Origin: Octopus bimaculoides
Taxonomy: Eukaryota
DNA: 64,000 bases
Assembly (NCBI RefSeq): GCF_001194135.2
Contig: NC_069001.1
Coordinates: 37,709,802 to 37,773,801, forward strand
Direction of reading: 5' to 3'
Part shown: positions 63,383 through 64,000 of the stretch, piece after piece
Numbering within the stretch: the stretch's first letter is position 1
How the letters are laid out: every line of letters begins with the position of its first letter
Translations under genes and position numbers: made by a program
The notes under the pieces: generated by a model
What the model was told of the DNA's origin: nothing
What the model saw: the letters and a program-made list of their open reading frames with translations, nothing else
Databases searched by the model: none

Positions 63383-64000
63383 AATGTTTTTGTCTTTCGC
63401 TGTAGTATATACTTCAGGCTAATAAGATCACCTGAAAGTTCAGTGTTCAATCCCCACTAAATGCAGCATTTCAAAATCAACAGGAGGACACTTGACAGTC
63501 ATGATCTAAGTGGGCTGGATCCCTTCCAGTAACAAGAACTAATGGAACAAAACACTTGCTTGATGAAAATTCTTCCTCTGAAGATGTCTGCTCATCCATT
63601 AACGAAATTCTACTTGCTATAAATGGTTTTCTTTGAATTGTCAGATTTCACTCCAAATAAATATTTCTTCTGCTAGATTTCCATCAACTGTGATCTTTGT
63701 TGATATTTGAAGATGTTGCAAAGTCCTTTGTTATCCAATTTTAATTACAATATAAGTTCATCTTCCATTCATCTCAGACAGTGAAACAGGGGAATTTCAC
63801 TGTTAATCTCAGTTCACAGCAAATATTTCACAGTAATTCTACAACAGACTTAAACAAACAGGATTAAGTCTGTTCTACATAATTTATTTTCGGTCTCCAA
63901 GCAACGAATTCAAGTAAGTAATTCTTTTATGCCAATGCCACTTGATGTTCTGAAATAGAAGAGAATGAAACAGAATATAGAGGATACATAAAATGAAGAC

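Noticed and set aside
12506-63384. Many [10 protein letters not shown].. ORFs opposite the ZNF genes
   Set aside because: Antisense shadows of the 84-bp finger repeat; they are interrupted by stops and have no independent signals.

Overview
Eukaryotic, AT-rich animal DNA, almost certainly a coleoid cephalopod (Octopus-type repeat families), covering part of a tandem C2H2 zinc-finger gene cluster. It holds 12 apparently intact genes with the whole CDS in one exon (8-20 TGEKPY-linked fingers, no KRAB/BTB/SCAN, only a ~30-aa acidic/basic leader) plus one truncated pseudogene. Most genes share one architecture: a conserved ~500-bp promoter/non-coding exon-1/GTAAGT donor/intron block, always co-oriented with its gene, then a conserved TTTCAG|AATATC acceptor ~250-550 nt before the ATG. 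Paralogs show mosaic exchange of promoters, flanks and finger blocks. The intergenic DNA contains RTE LINE 3' ends, tRNA/CORE-type SINEs, mariner, maT and Gypsy remnants, several MITE/foldback elements, a Penelope-type terminus with an apparently intact minimal hammerhead ribozyme, and a Gypsy-gag/18S/ITS1 chimera. There are three assembly gaps. All identities and alignments were estimated by eye.
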